From Christensenella sp. UBA6345 (GTDB lineage: Bacteria; Bacillota; Clostridia; Christensenellales; UBA1242), in contig DJSB01000030.1 in the NCBI GenBank assembly GCA_002437945.1, positions 22,390 through 86,389 of the forward strand: a stretch of DNA of 64,000 nt, written 5' to 3'. Both the position numbers and the translations under genes were made by a program. Of this stretch, positions 1-9,425 are shown piece after piece (the first letter of the stretch is position 1; each line of letters opens with the position of its first letter). The notes under the pieces are model-generated. The model saw only the letters and a program-made list of their open reading frames with translations. It did not search any database and was not told where the DNA came from.

Positions 1-1047
1 ATCATCATTTTTAAATGCTTTTGATGGAGATACATATCTTACACCATCGCCAGCAATTATATTAAATGGATTATCATAATGTAATAATCCTAAAGCATAT
101 TTTGCTGCATTAACACCAGCAAGTTTGCTTTCTTCAGTAACATTATCTACCAAATCGTGTACGTGTAGAACATTACCACAACTAAATATACCATCAATGT
201 TTGTTTCCCTATATTCATTTATATCTGCACCATTAGTTTTTGGGTTAAGTTTTAATCCTTTGATTAAATCTGTTTCGGGTATTAATCCTACAGATAATAT
301 CAAACAATCACAAGGTACGAAATGCTCGGTTTCTTTAATAGGTTTAAATCCATCAACTTGTGCTACATATACGCCTTCAATACGTGTATCTCCTACTACT
401 TTAGTAACAGTAGTAGAAAGTTTAAGTGGAATGTTAAAGTCATTAAGACATTGCTGAATGTTACGTTTAAGTCCGCCAGATTCTGGCATAATCTCTAGTA
501 CTTCAATAACTTTTGCACCTTCAAAAGTAAGTCTTCTTGCCATAATCAGACCTATATCACCACTGCCTAAAATAACAACATTTTTACCTGGCAATTTACC
601 ATATAAATTAACCATCTTTTGTGCTTGTCCAGCAGTATAAACTCCTACTGGTCTAGTACCTGTTAATGTTATACCTGCTGGAGTCTTTTCTCTACAGCCC
701 ATAGCCATTACTATTGCTTTTGCTTCGACAACGGTTTCGCCATCTGGATTGATAAATGTTATATTATGTCCTGTAACATCAATAACAAATGTGTTAAGTA
801 AAACCTTAACTTTAGTATCATTAATTAATGCTTCAAATCTTAAAGCATATTCTGGCCCAGTAAGTTCTTCATTAAAGTAATGTAAACCAAAGCCATTGTG
901 AATGCACTGATTAAGAATACCACCTAATTTCTCATTACGTTCGATAAGTAGAGTTTTTGCACCAAGTTTATCACTTTCTATAGCAGCAGCCATACCTGCT
1001 GGTCCGCCACCAATAACTACTACGTCATAAAATAATTTTTCTCCCAT
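1..1047 (-). CDS. FAD/NAD(P)-binding pyridine-nucleotide-disulfide-type oxidoreductase (3' end cut by window edge)
   Basis: My translation of the minus strand from ATG 1047..1045 stays open to base 1 (349 codons): MGEKLFYDVVVIGGGPAGMAAAIES..., with a second Rossmann motif VVILGSGDIGLIMA. It is missing from the ORF track because no stop lies inside the window. It starts 2 nt after the stop of the upstream G3P-dehydrogenase-like gene. Confidence 0.8.
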   Translation of the reverse strand, partial: MGEKLFYDVVVIGGGPAGMAAAIESDKLGAKTLLIERNEKLGGILNQCIHNGFGLHYFNEELTGPEYALRFEALINDTKVKVLLNTFVIDVTGHNITFINPDGETVVEAKAIVMAMGCREKTPAGITLTGTRPVGVYTAGQAQKMVNLYGKLPGKNVVILGSGDIGLIMARRLTFEGAKVIEVLEIMPESGGLKRNIQQCLNDFNIPLKLSTTVTKVVGDTRIEGVYVAQVDGFKPIKETEHFVPCDCLILSVGLIPETDLIKGLKLNPKTNGADINEYRETNIDGIFSCGNVLHVHDLVDNVTEESKLAGVNAAKYALGLLHYDNPFNIIAGDGVRYVSPSKAFKNDD

Positions 1048-1049
1048 AA

Positions 1050-2462
1050 TTACTCCTTTGTCTCTGGATTAATTGATGAAATATAAAAGTTAGAACCCAT
1101 ATTTTCTTTAACTACTTCTTCGCTAGGTATATTAAGTGTTTCACTTATAGTCTGAATAACTTTAGTTAAGCAGAAACCACCTTGGCATCTACCCATACCC
1201 GCCCTAACTCTACGTTTAATAGCATCAACACTATTAGGTTTAAGTGGAGAGTTAAGTGCTTCTTTAATTTCTCCTAAACTAACACATTCACATTTACATA
1301 CTATTCTACCGTAATCTGGGTTATCTTTAATTAATTGGTTACGTTGAACACTATCAAGTTTGTTAATATCTGTATATGGTTTACGTGGAATCATTTTTAT
1401 TTCTTCTTGATTATACCCCAACAAATCTTCAACAACATATTCTGCTATTGCTGGTGCAGAACTCAATCCCGGTGAACATATACCTGCTATATTAATTATT
1501 CCGTCCTGCATACTTGATTTTTCTACAATAAAATCGTTTCCGCTAATAACTCTAACACCAGAGAAATTACGTATATTTTTATTAAAAGGAACATCTAGAA
1601 TTGCAGTAGATTTTTGTTTAACATCGTTAAGTCCTTCTGTAGTTGTCATAGTACTAAACTCACAAGGATATGATGTAGGTCCTACTAGAGTATTACCGTC
1701 AGCAGTAGGAGTAATTAAAACTCCCTTGCTTGTTTTGCTTGGTAGTGGAAATATTGTTAAATCAGTTATATTAACTGTATTATCAAGTAAATAATATTCG
1801 CCACGTCTAAACTCAAGTGGATAAGTTTCGGTATTAAGTATCTTTGCTACATCGTTATATCCCATAGCAGATGCATTAACGATATATTTAACTTCTATAT
1901 CAAGATTATTGGCTTTTAATCTATATCCATTAGATGTATGTTCACAAGAATTTATCTCGGTATTAAATACAACTTTTGCACCATTAATTACTGCTTCTTC
2001 TGCTAGAGCAATGGTAAACATATATGGTGATACAACACATGATGTATTAGCATACAATCCGCAAGTCACTTCTTCTTTCAAATCTGGTACTAATTGAAGT
2101 AGTCCTGCTCTATCTAAAACCGACAAGCCATCAACACCATTTGCTATACCACGTTCATACAACTCTTTTACTGCTTCTTTATCATTGCCTACAACGATAG
2201 CACCACATTTAATAAGTGGAACTGAAAGTTGTGGACAAAGAGTATGAAACAATTGATTGCCCCTTACATTAAATTTTGCTTTTAAAGTATGTGGTTTACA
2301 GTCAAAACCCGCATGAACTATACCACTATTGGCTTTTGAACTGCCCATACCAACATCGTTGGCTTTTTCAATAAGTATGGCTTTAACACCGTGTCTGGTT
2401 AATTTGTTTAACACTGCACAGCCTATTACTCCACCGCCAATTATTGCAACATCATAATCCAT
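1050..2462 (-). CDS. FAD-dependent glycerol-3-phosphate dehydrogenase/oxidase-like protein with C-terminal BFD-like [2Fe-2S] domain
   Basis: 470 aa. N-terminal dinucleotide fold DVAIIGGGVIGCAV. C-terminal cysteine pattern CKCECV...CQGGFC. Divergently placed from glpK. Confidence 0.8.
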   Translation of the reverse strand: MDYDVAIIGGGVIGCAVLNKLTRHGVKAILIEKANDVGMGSSKANSGIVHAGFDCKPHTLKAKFNVRGNQLFHTLCPQLSVPLIKCGAIVVGNDKEAVKELYERGIANGVDGLSVLDRAGLLQLVPDLKEEVTCGLYANTSCVVSPYMFTIALAEEAVINGAKVVFNTEINSCEHTSNGYRLKANNLDIEVKYIVNASAMGYNDVAKILNTETYPLEFRRGEYYLLDNTVNITDLTIFPLPSKTSKGVLITPTADGNTLVGPTSYPCEFSTMTTTEGLNDVKQKSTAILDVPFNKNIRNFSGVRVISGNDFIVEKSSMQDGIINIAGICSPGLSSAPAIAEYVVEDLLGYNQEEIKMIPRKPYTDINKLDSVQRNQLIKDNPDYGRIVCKCECVSLGEIKEALNSPLKPNSVDAIKRRVRAGMGRCQGGFCLTKVIQTISETLNIPSEEVVKENMGSNFYISSINPETKE

Positions 2463-2630
2463 ATTTCACTCCTACAATATATTTTTTGAATATTAATTAT
2501 TGTTTTGCTTAAAAATATTATAACAAAAAAGTCTATGTTAGTATAAATAAATAAGCAAATTGTTTTAATTTTTTATAAAAATTTGTTAAAATTATTATGT
2601 AAAAAAATTTAATATTTATTAGGAGTAGTT

Positions 2631-4103
2631 GTGGGTAAAAAATATATTTTAGGTATAGACGTAGGAACTACTAGTGTAAGGACTGTTTTGTACGATACAA
2701 AACAACATACTATAGTAAATGTCGAAAAGGTTAAATTTACTCAATATTTCCCTAAACCTGGCTGGGTAGAACATGACCCAAAAGAAATATGGAAATGTAC
2801 AGAAAAAACTTTAAACGATACAATAAAGAAATTTAATTTAACCGATAAAGATATATACGGCATAGGCATAACCAATCAACGTGAAACCACTGTAGCATGG
2901 AATAAAGATACACTTGATAGTCCATGTAATGCTATTGTATGGCAATGCAGACGTACTGCAGATTATTGTAGCAGTATAAAAAATAAAGACGATATTAAAA
3001 AACGAACAGGTTTAATAGTAGATAGTTATTTTTCGGCTACAAAGATGAGATGGATGCTTAACAATGTACCCGAAGTTAAAAAATTAAACAAACTGAACAA
3101 ATTATGTTTTGGCACAATAGATAGTTTCCTTATAGCAAAGTTAACAAAAGGTGAAAGTTTCTATACAGATGTTACTAATGCTTCAAGAACTATGTTATAC
3201 AACATTAACACCCTTAAATGGGACGAGAAACTTCTTAAACAATTCGGGATTAATAAAAACTCATTACCAGAAGTTAAACCATGTAATTATAATTTTGGTA
3301 TGGCAAAAACAATTGCTGGAGAAATACCAATATTAAGTGTTATTGGTGATCAACAAGCTTCCCTATTTGGACAAGGTTGTTTTGAAAAAGGAATGGCAAA
3401 AAACACATATGGCACAGGTTGTTTTATATTAATGAATATAGGTTCACAAGCAAGTATGACTAATAAGAAATTACTTAAAACAATTGCTTGGCAGATTGAT
3501 GATCAAATAAACTATGCTCTTGAAGGAAGTATATTTAATGCAGGTGCTGCCCTAGAATGGGGAAATAGACTTGGATTGTTTAAGGATAGCAGAGAAACTT
3601 CTGCACTTGCTGAAAGCGTAGGAAGTAATGAAGGATTATATTGTGTACCAGCATTTACGGGGCTGGGTGCTCCATATTGGGATCCAAAGGCTAAAGGTAT
3701 AATATATGGCATAACAGGTGGTACTACAAAAGCACACGTAAGTAGAGCCATATTAGAAAGTATGGCATATTCAACATACGACATAGTAAGAACTATGGAA
3801 AATAAGCATATTAATATACAAGAATTAAGAGTTGATGGCGGAGTAAGTAAAAATGACTTTTTATTACAATTCCAAACAGATTTAATTAGAGTAAAATTAT
3901 TAAGACAAGAAAGCATAGAAGCCACAGTCCTTGGTACAATATATATGGCAGGATTTAATTGTGGTGTATATAAATCTCTTAACGATATATCAAAACATAT
4001 TAAATTCACTTCAACATTTACACCAAAAATGAAAATAAATGATGCAAAAAAACTAATCATTGGCTGGCATGATGCAGTAAAAAGATGTTTATACAAAGGC
4101 TAG
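2631..4103 (+). CDS. glpK: glycerol kinase
   Basis: 490 aa. GTG start preceded by AGGAG. FGGY-kinase signatures GIDVGTTS, ITNQRETTVAW, GDQQASLFGQ. Confidence 0.95.
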   Translation: MGKKYILGIDVGTTSVRTVLYDTKQHTIVNVEKVKFTQYFPKPGWVEHDPKEIWKCTEKTLNDTIKKFNLTDKDIYGIGITNQRETTVAWNKDTLDSPCNAIVWQCRRTADYCSSIKNKDDIKKRTGLIVDSYFSATKMRWMLNNVPEVKKLNKLNKLCFGTIDSFLIAKLTKGESFYTDVTNASRTMLYNINTLKWDEKLLKQFGINKNSLPEVKPCNYNFGMAKTIAGEIPILSVIGDQQASLFGQGCFEKGMAKNTYGTGCFILMNIGSQASMTNKKLLKTIAWQIDDQINYALEGSIFNAGAALEWGNRLGLFKDSRETSALAESVGSNEGLYCVPAFTGLGAPYWDPKAKGIIYGITGGTTKAHVSRAILESMAYSTYDIVRTMENKHINIQELRVDGGVSKNDFLLQFQTDLIRVKLLRQESIEATVLGTIYMAGFNCGVYKSLNDISKHIKFTSTFTPKMKINDAKKLIIGWHDAVKRCLYKG

Positions 4104-4112
4104 GTAAAAATT

Positions 4113-4994
4113 ATGAGAAAAGAAATAATAACTGGTTATGAAAATAAAGATTTAGTAGGATACTTTTGGGACGAAGTGTCCAACCCAAAAGCAGTAGTTC
4201 AAATAATCCATGGTATGCAGGAACATGCAAAAAGATATGACGACTTTGCAAAATATCTTAATCAAAATGGATTTATTGTATTTGCAAGCGACTTACGTGG
4301 TCATGGCGAAACTGCTGGCGATGTAAAAGTATTGGGACATACCAATGGAGATATATTTAAAGAAATAGTATCTGACCAAGTTTTGATAACTGAAAAGTTG
4401 ATTAAAAAATACGATTTACCTGTGTACGTATTGGGACATTCCTTTGGTTCATTTATTACCCAACGTTATACTCAAATATGCAATTTAGCCAACAAGATAG
4501 TTATTTGCGGTAGTGCTTACACCAAAACCTTTACAATGTTTATGGCTGACATTATTGCTCATATCACTGCCCTATTTAAAGGCAATCATTCTACTGCAAA
4601 ACTTATAGAAAAATTAAGTTTTGGTAGTTATGCTAAAAAGTATCCTAATGGCAATTGGCTAGTTACTGATGATGAAGTATTTAAAGCATATCAAGAAGAC
4701 CCATATTGTGGCACACCATTCCCTGCTTGCTTCTATAAAAGTTTGTTTAAGAATGCGATACGTAACTATAGAGACCTTAAATTGATTACACCAGAGAAAA
4801 AAATATTATTAATTGCTGGCGATAAAGATCCAGTAGGTGGCAATGGTAAGTTGGTAACAAAATTGTATAAGACATATAAAAAGCAACATGTTAACGTAGA
4901 AATGAAACTATATGAAAATGAATTACATGAAATTCTTAATGGTGCTAAAAAACAAGAAGTATATAAAGATGTTGTAGATTTCTTTAATAAATAA
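4113..4994 (+). CDS. alpha/beta hydrolase, lysophospholipase / monoacylglycerol-lipase-like
   Basis: 293 aa. HGMQEH...LRGHGET and nucleophile elbow GHSFGS. Starts about 10 nt after the glpK stop. Confidence 0.75.
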   Translation: MRKEIITGYENKDLVGYFWDEVSNPKAVVQIIHGMQEHAKRYDDFAKYLNQNGFIVFASDLRGHGETAGDVKVLGHTNGDIFKEIVSDQVLITEKLIKKYDLPVYVLGHSFGSFITQRYTQICNLANKIVICGSAYTKTFTMFMADIIAHITALFKGNHSTAKLIEKLSFGSYAKKYPNGNWLVTDDEVFKAYQEDPYCGTPFPACFYKSLFKNAIRNYRDLKLITPEKKILLIAGDKDPVGGNGKLVTKLYKTYKKQHVNVEMKLYENELHEILNGAKKQEVYKDVVDFFNK

Positions 4995-5023
4995 CTAATT
5001 TTATATTTATTTAAAGCATAAAA

Positions 5024-5056
5024 AATAGCCGCAATAAAGCGACTATTTTTATTTTT
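5024..5056 (+). terminator. rho-independent terminator after the glpK-hydrolase pair
   Basis: Stem AATAGCCGC / GCGACTATT (one mismatch), loop AATAAA, followed by a T-run. Confidence 0.55.
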
Positions 5057-5286
5057 GCATAATATTATAGCATAGTACTATATATTTTGACATAATATAT
5101 TTTTTAACTATCGAAAGTTATCGACAAATAGTCTAAAAAGATATTAACAGCAACAGATATTACTTTAAACTCAAAGTGCTTGATTTATTAATAAAATAAT
5201 TAGAAACTATTATATATAATCAAAATTATTTAATATGGATTTATCGTTAAATTAACATCTGTTGTCAAAGTGAAAGTAATCTTTAA

Positions 5287-6396
5287 CTAGACAAGTTTAA
5301 AAGTAAGTGTTGCCGGATTATGATCGGAATATTGAAAATCTACACTATTACCATTAACCAAATTGGTTATATTGGTAATTTCTACATTGTCACTAATGAT
5401 ATAACCATCTAACACTGCACTATAATTGACACCTTTAGTATATGGTATATCTGTTGACCTACAAGTAGCATCATCAGTAGATGACGCAAATCTAAAGTGG
5501 TCTGCCAAGTCTTCTTGTGTTAATTGGAACACCCATTCTGGTACATATTGCTGTGTAGGAAATAAATTAATACTATTAGCAATATCATGATTGAAGTCTC
5601 CACCAGCAATTACATAATTACCCTTTTCATATTCACTAGTCAATATAGCATTAAGGCAAGCCAATTGCTTTTGTCTAATCTTGCCACCCTTATCATATGC
5701 TGACATATGTGAATTAATTATTACAAGTTCTTTATCGTTGTTTACTTTAACTCGGTTAATAGAAAAACAACGGTCTAAATCAAAAAATTTATTAGGAAAA
5801 CTATTATCTACTGGATAAGAAATACGAGTAGATTGTTCTATTTTATATTTACTAAAAGTAGCAACACCAGCGGTATTAGCACCATGTGGGTCATTAAATG
5901 GATATGCTAAATATGCCGAATGAAAATTAATAGCATAAGTATAGCCATAATCATCACTTATAGACTTAAGCATATCAAGTTGATTTACATCATAACTTCT
6001 ATCCCCTTTAGTATCTACTTCTTGGAATAAATAGAAGTCAGAATTTAATTCTTTTGCGATATTAACAACACCATTAGTGTTATCTAGAACAACTTGTTTT
6101 GAACGTGCTTTACTATTCTTACCAGTTACTTTTTTACCATCTAGCATTTTACCGCTATCCATAAAAAATGAGAATTCATGATTATACGCACCAAAACCTA
6201 TATTATATGTGGTAATAGTATAATTGGTGTTGGTAGATATGCTATCATTCTGATTATTATTAATTTCTAATTCTAGATTATCTTCTATCCTATAATATTG
6301 GCAAGAAACATATATTAAGTAGCCACACACAAGCAATATTACAGCACCCAACAGACTTGCCAATGTTATTGCTGTTATTTTAAATGCTTTTTTCAT
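5287..6396 (-). CDS. membrane-anchored endonuclease/exonuclease/phosphatase (EEP) family protein
   Basis: 369 aa. N-terminal TM helix ITAITLASLLGAVILLVCGYLIY. EEP motifs GGDFNHD and SDHNP near the C-terminus. Confidence 0.75.
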   Translation of the reverse strand: MKKAFKITAITLASLLGAVILLVCGYLIYVSCQYYRIEDNLELEINNNQNDSISTNTNYTITTYNIGFGAYNHEFSFFMDSGKMLDGKKVTGKNSKARSKQVVLDNTNGVVNIAKELNSDFYLFQEVDTKGDRSYDVNQLDMLKSISDDYGYTYAINFHSAYLAYPFNDPHGANTAGVATFSKYKIEQSTRISYPVDNSFPNKFFDLDRCFSINRVKVNNDKELVIINSHMSAYDKGGKIRQKQLACLNAILTSEYEKGNYVIAGGDFNHDIANSINLFPTQQYVPEWVFQLTQEDLADHFRFASSTDDATCRSTDIPYTKGVNYSAVLDGYIISDNVEITNITNLVNGNSVDFQYSDHNPATLTFKLV

Positions 6397-6435
6397 ATTC
6401 TACTCTCCTTAATTAATTGTAACAAAATATTATAA

Positions 6436-6472
6436 AAACAAAAAGAGAAAATGGCATATTTACCATTTTCTC
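6436..6472 (-). terminator. rho-independent terminator of the metal-ATPase operon
   Basis: 10-bp stem GAGAAAATGG / CCATTTTCTC. On the minus-strand RNA it is followed by TTTTTGTTT. Confidence 0.75.
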
Positions 6473-6480
6473 ACTTTTTA

Positions 6481-8787
6481 TTATTCACTAGTTTTATCAT
6501 TTAATAATTTTTTCTCATTTTTTCTATTTTTACCTAATTTAATGGTGAAAATTCTAATAGCATTAAGTATTGCTAAAATACTTACACCAACATCGGCAAA
6601 TATTGCTAGGTACATAGGTGCTAAATCTATTGTTCCTAATACCATAATTATAAATTTAATTATTAAACAGAAGACAATGTTTTCAGTAGCGATTCGACGT
6701 GTAGTCTTTGCAATTTTGACAGAGTCTACAACACTATTTAAATCATCTGTCATAACAACTATATCGGAATATTCGATAGCACTATCACTACCGTTAATAC
6801 CCATAGCATAACCTACACTTGACATATCAAGTACTGGAGCATCATTGATGCCATCTCCAACATAACCGACATTACCATATTCTTCACTTATTTTTTCAAA
6901 TTCGGCCACTTTATCTTGTGGTAATAAGTTGTATTTATAATCATCTACACCGACATCATATGATACGAATTCGGCAGTAACTTTATTGTCACCAGTCAAC
7001 ATAATTGTTTTGATACCCTTTGCCTTTAATTCGCCGATGGCATCTTTAGATGTATCCTTAACAACATCGCTAACAACCACATAACCTAAAAATTCGTCTT
7101 TTGTAGCAACATAAATTATAGTGCCAGCAACTGATTGTGGGTTATAATCAATATGGTTACTTTCAAGTAATTTCTCATTACCGCAATATACTTCTTCGCC
7201 AAATACTGTGGCAATAATTCCCTGTCCCATAATTTCTCTAGAAGCGGTTATTTGTGTAGGGTCTACTTTATTATCGCCTACAATACATTTAGAAATTGGG
7301 TGATTGGAAGTACTTTCTGCATATACAAGGAACTTTAACATTTCTTTTTCATCATGACTATTAATTTCGGTAATTCTAAATTTACCCATAGTTATTGTGC
7401 CAGTTTTGTCAAAACATATTGCTTTTAAACTATTAATTTTATCTAATACATTAGCACCTTTTATAAGTAATCCATATTTTGCACTAACACCAAGTCCACA
7501 GAAATATGTTAATGGTATAGAAATAACTAATGCACAAGGACAAGAAATAACCAAGAATACAGCGGCTTTATGAACACCACTAACTATACCGCCAGAATAT
7601 AGTGGGAATAATGCGAACAATACTACAGCAATAGCAACTACACTAGGAGTATAATATCTAGCAAATTTGGTTATAAAATTCTCTGCTTTTGATTTTTTAC
7701 TTGAATTATTTTCAATTAAATCCAATATTTTTGCAACAGTAGAATTCTCATAAGTACTAACTACTCGAGCATAAACTGCATTGCTTAAATTGATACTACC
7801 AGAAAAGACTTTAGAATCTTTTTCAGCAAACATAGGCATACTTTCGCCTGTGATTGAACTTACGTCAAAATTAGTTTCGGATTTAACTAATACTACATCT
7901 GTAGGAACTTTTTCCCCTACTTTTATAAGAATAATGTCATTAACTTTTAATTCTTCAGGTTTAACAACTTCTATTTTGCCATCGTTAACTAGGTTGGCAT
8001 ATTCAGGTTTAAGATTAACTATGCTACCTATGGCTGCTCTAGACTTTGCTACTGCATGGTCTTGGAACAACTCTCCCACATTATACAATAACATTACAGC
8101 CACTGCTTCGGGCATTTCATTTATGGCAAAAGCAGCAATTGACGCAAGACTTGTTAAAAACTTTTCATCAAGGAATTTACCTTTAACAATATTTTTAACC
8201 GCACCAATAATTACTTCGTAACCTACAACAAGATAAGAAACTAAATAAATACCAAATTTCCACCAGAAACCTACTGGCAATACTAATCCCAATATAAATA
8301 ATACTGTAGAAATATATACTTTAATAAATTCCGAGTTAAACCAATTAATTTTATATGTTGATGGCTTTTTTGCTTCAATTTCGGGTTTCACTTCTTCTTT
8401 AATTTCTGGCAAATTATCAATAGTAATCTGTGATATTACGCTGTCAATATCAGTATCACTAACATGGATATGAGACGACTCATTAACAGATACTTCACTA
8501 TCTTTAAACTTTTTGTTTTTACTCCTTGCTTTTAGAGAATCAAGATAATTTTGTTTTTTTAGATTTTTAACAATAACATTGGGCAATACTTTAGATGTAA
8601 GTTCTTGCAACATATTCTCTAATTCTTGCTCTGTATGATTAAAATCATCAACAGTTTCTACATATAATTTAAGGTCAACAAAACTTAATGTTGCACTTTT
8701 AATATATGGTAATTTATTAATTGCGTGTTCAAGTTTACCAGCACAAACAGCACAATCAACACCTACTAACTTAAAATTAGACTTCAT
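6481..8787 (-). CDS. heavy-metal-translocating P1B-type ATPase (CadA/ZntA-like)
   Basis: 768 aa. N-terminal HMA domain with CAVC, TM motif SCPCALV, phosphorylation site DKTGTIT, hinge GDGINDAP. The gene sits 4 nt downstream of an ArsR-family regulator. Confidence 0.9.
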   Translation of the reverse strand: MKSNFKLVGVDCAVCAGKLEHAINKLPYIKSATLSFVDLKLYVETVDDFNHTEQELENMLQELTSKVLPNVIVKNLKKQNYLDSLKARSKNKKFKDSEVSVNESSHIHVSDTDIDSVISQITIDNLPEIKEEVKPEIEAKKPSTYKINWFNSEFIKVYISTVLFILGLVLPVGFWWKFGIYLVSYLVVGYEVIIGAVKNIVKGKFLDEKFLTSLASIAAFAINEMPEAVAVMLLYNVGELFQDHAVAKSRAAIGSIVNLKPEYANLVNDGKIEVVKPEELKVNDIILIKVGEKVPTDVVLVKSETNFDVSSITGESMPMFAEKDSKVFSGSINLSNAVYARVVSTYENSTVAKILDLIENNSSKKSKAENFITKFARYYTPSVVAIAVVLFALFPLYSGGIVSGVHKAAVFLVISCPCALVISIPLTYFCGLGVSAKYGLLIKGANVLDKINSLKAICFDKTGTITMGKFRITEINSHDEKEMLKFLVYAESTSNHPISKCIVGDNKVDPTQITASREIMGQGIIATVFGEEVYCGNEKLLESNHIDYNPQSVAGTIIYVATKDEFLGYVVVSDVVKDTSKDAIGELKAKGIKTIMLTGDNKVTAEFVSYDVGVDDYKYNLLPQDKVAEFEKISEEYGNVGYVGDGINDAPVLDMSSVGYAMGINGSDSAIEYSDIVVMTDDLNSVVDSVKIAKTTRRIATENIVFCLIIKFIIMVLGTIDLAPMYLAIFADVGVSILAILNAIRIFTIKLGKNRKNEKKLLNDKTSE

Positions 8788-8791
8788 AAAA

Positions 8792-9100
8792 TTATTCTCC
8801 CTGTTCGTTAATGTGTATACGACAAATAGTGATTAATGTATTAATATGTTCGTCATTAAGAAAATAAGTAACAAAATTACCATTTTTCCTACTATCGACA
8901 ATAAAGTTATCTTTAAGTATCTTTAATTGATGTGAAACTAACGATTGAGAACTAGATGTAGCAAGTGCTATTTCATTAACATTCTTTTCGCTCTCCAATA
9001 GGCTAAATATTATCTTAAGTCTAGTTGTGTCACCAATAATCTTAAACAACTCTCCTACTTTATTAATTTCTTCTAAAGTCGGGCTTATATATTTGTCCAT
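8792..9100 (-). CDS. ArsR/SmtB-family metalloregulatory repressor (CadC-like)
   Basis: 102 aa. Winged-HTH core NVNEIALATSSSQSLVSHQLKILKD. First gene of the ATPase operon. Confidence 0.85.
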   Translation of the reverse strand: MDKYISPTLEEINKVGELFKIIGDTTRLKIIFSLLESEKNVNEIALATSSSQSLVSHQLKILKDNFIVDSRKNGNFVTYFLNDEHINTLITICRIHINEQGE

Positions 9101-9166
9101 AATCCACCTTTAATTAATTATTATCAATTAACCAATAAACATATCATATAGTCGTTTTTACCACAT

Positions 9167-9218
9167 AATATGAATAGCGGTTCATATTCTTTTATAGTAT
9201 ATGAATTTCTATTCATAT
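9167..9218. promoter_or_regulatory. two palindromic operator-like sites upstream of the ArsR-family gene
   Basis: AATATGAA-N6-TTCATATT (9167..9188) and ATATGAAT-N4-ATTCATAT (9199..9218) lie 67-118 nt upstream of the regulator start. The TGAA...TTCA core resembles ArsR/SmtB operators. Confidence 0.5.
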
Positions 9219-9382
9219 TGTCAAGAAAATATATGAAAATAATTTAAGAAATGTTAAAATGCATAAATATACATTATTAATAATAATTATCAATAATATA
9301 CATTATAAAACCAATCCAAAATTAATATAGATATTTAATTACATAATTAAATAATTACATTTCATTTATGTATATATGATAA

Positions 9383-9409
9383 TAAAAAAATAGCCTAAAT
9401 ATAGGCTAT
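9383..9409 (-). terminator. rho-independent terminator after metG
   Basis: 8-bp stem ATAGCCTA / TAGGCTAT, loop AATA. A T7 run follows on the minus-strand RNA. Confidence 0.75.
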
Positions 9410-9425
9410 TTTTAATGATTAAATA

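Noticed and set aside
125-640. Two plus-strand ORFs (110 aa and 60 aa) at the window start
   Set aside because: They are antisense to a clearly conserved FAD/NAD(P) oxidoreductase frame on the minus strand, and their products look like junk.
3512-4096. 194-aa antisense ORF inside glpK (similarly 14481..14999 inside the DAK2 gene, 53526..53981, 10309..10749, 7781..8221)
   Set aside because: All are antisense to strongly conserved genes, lack an RBS and give low-complexity products.
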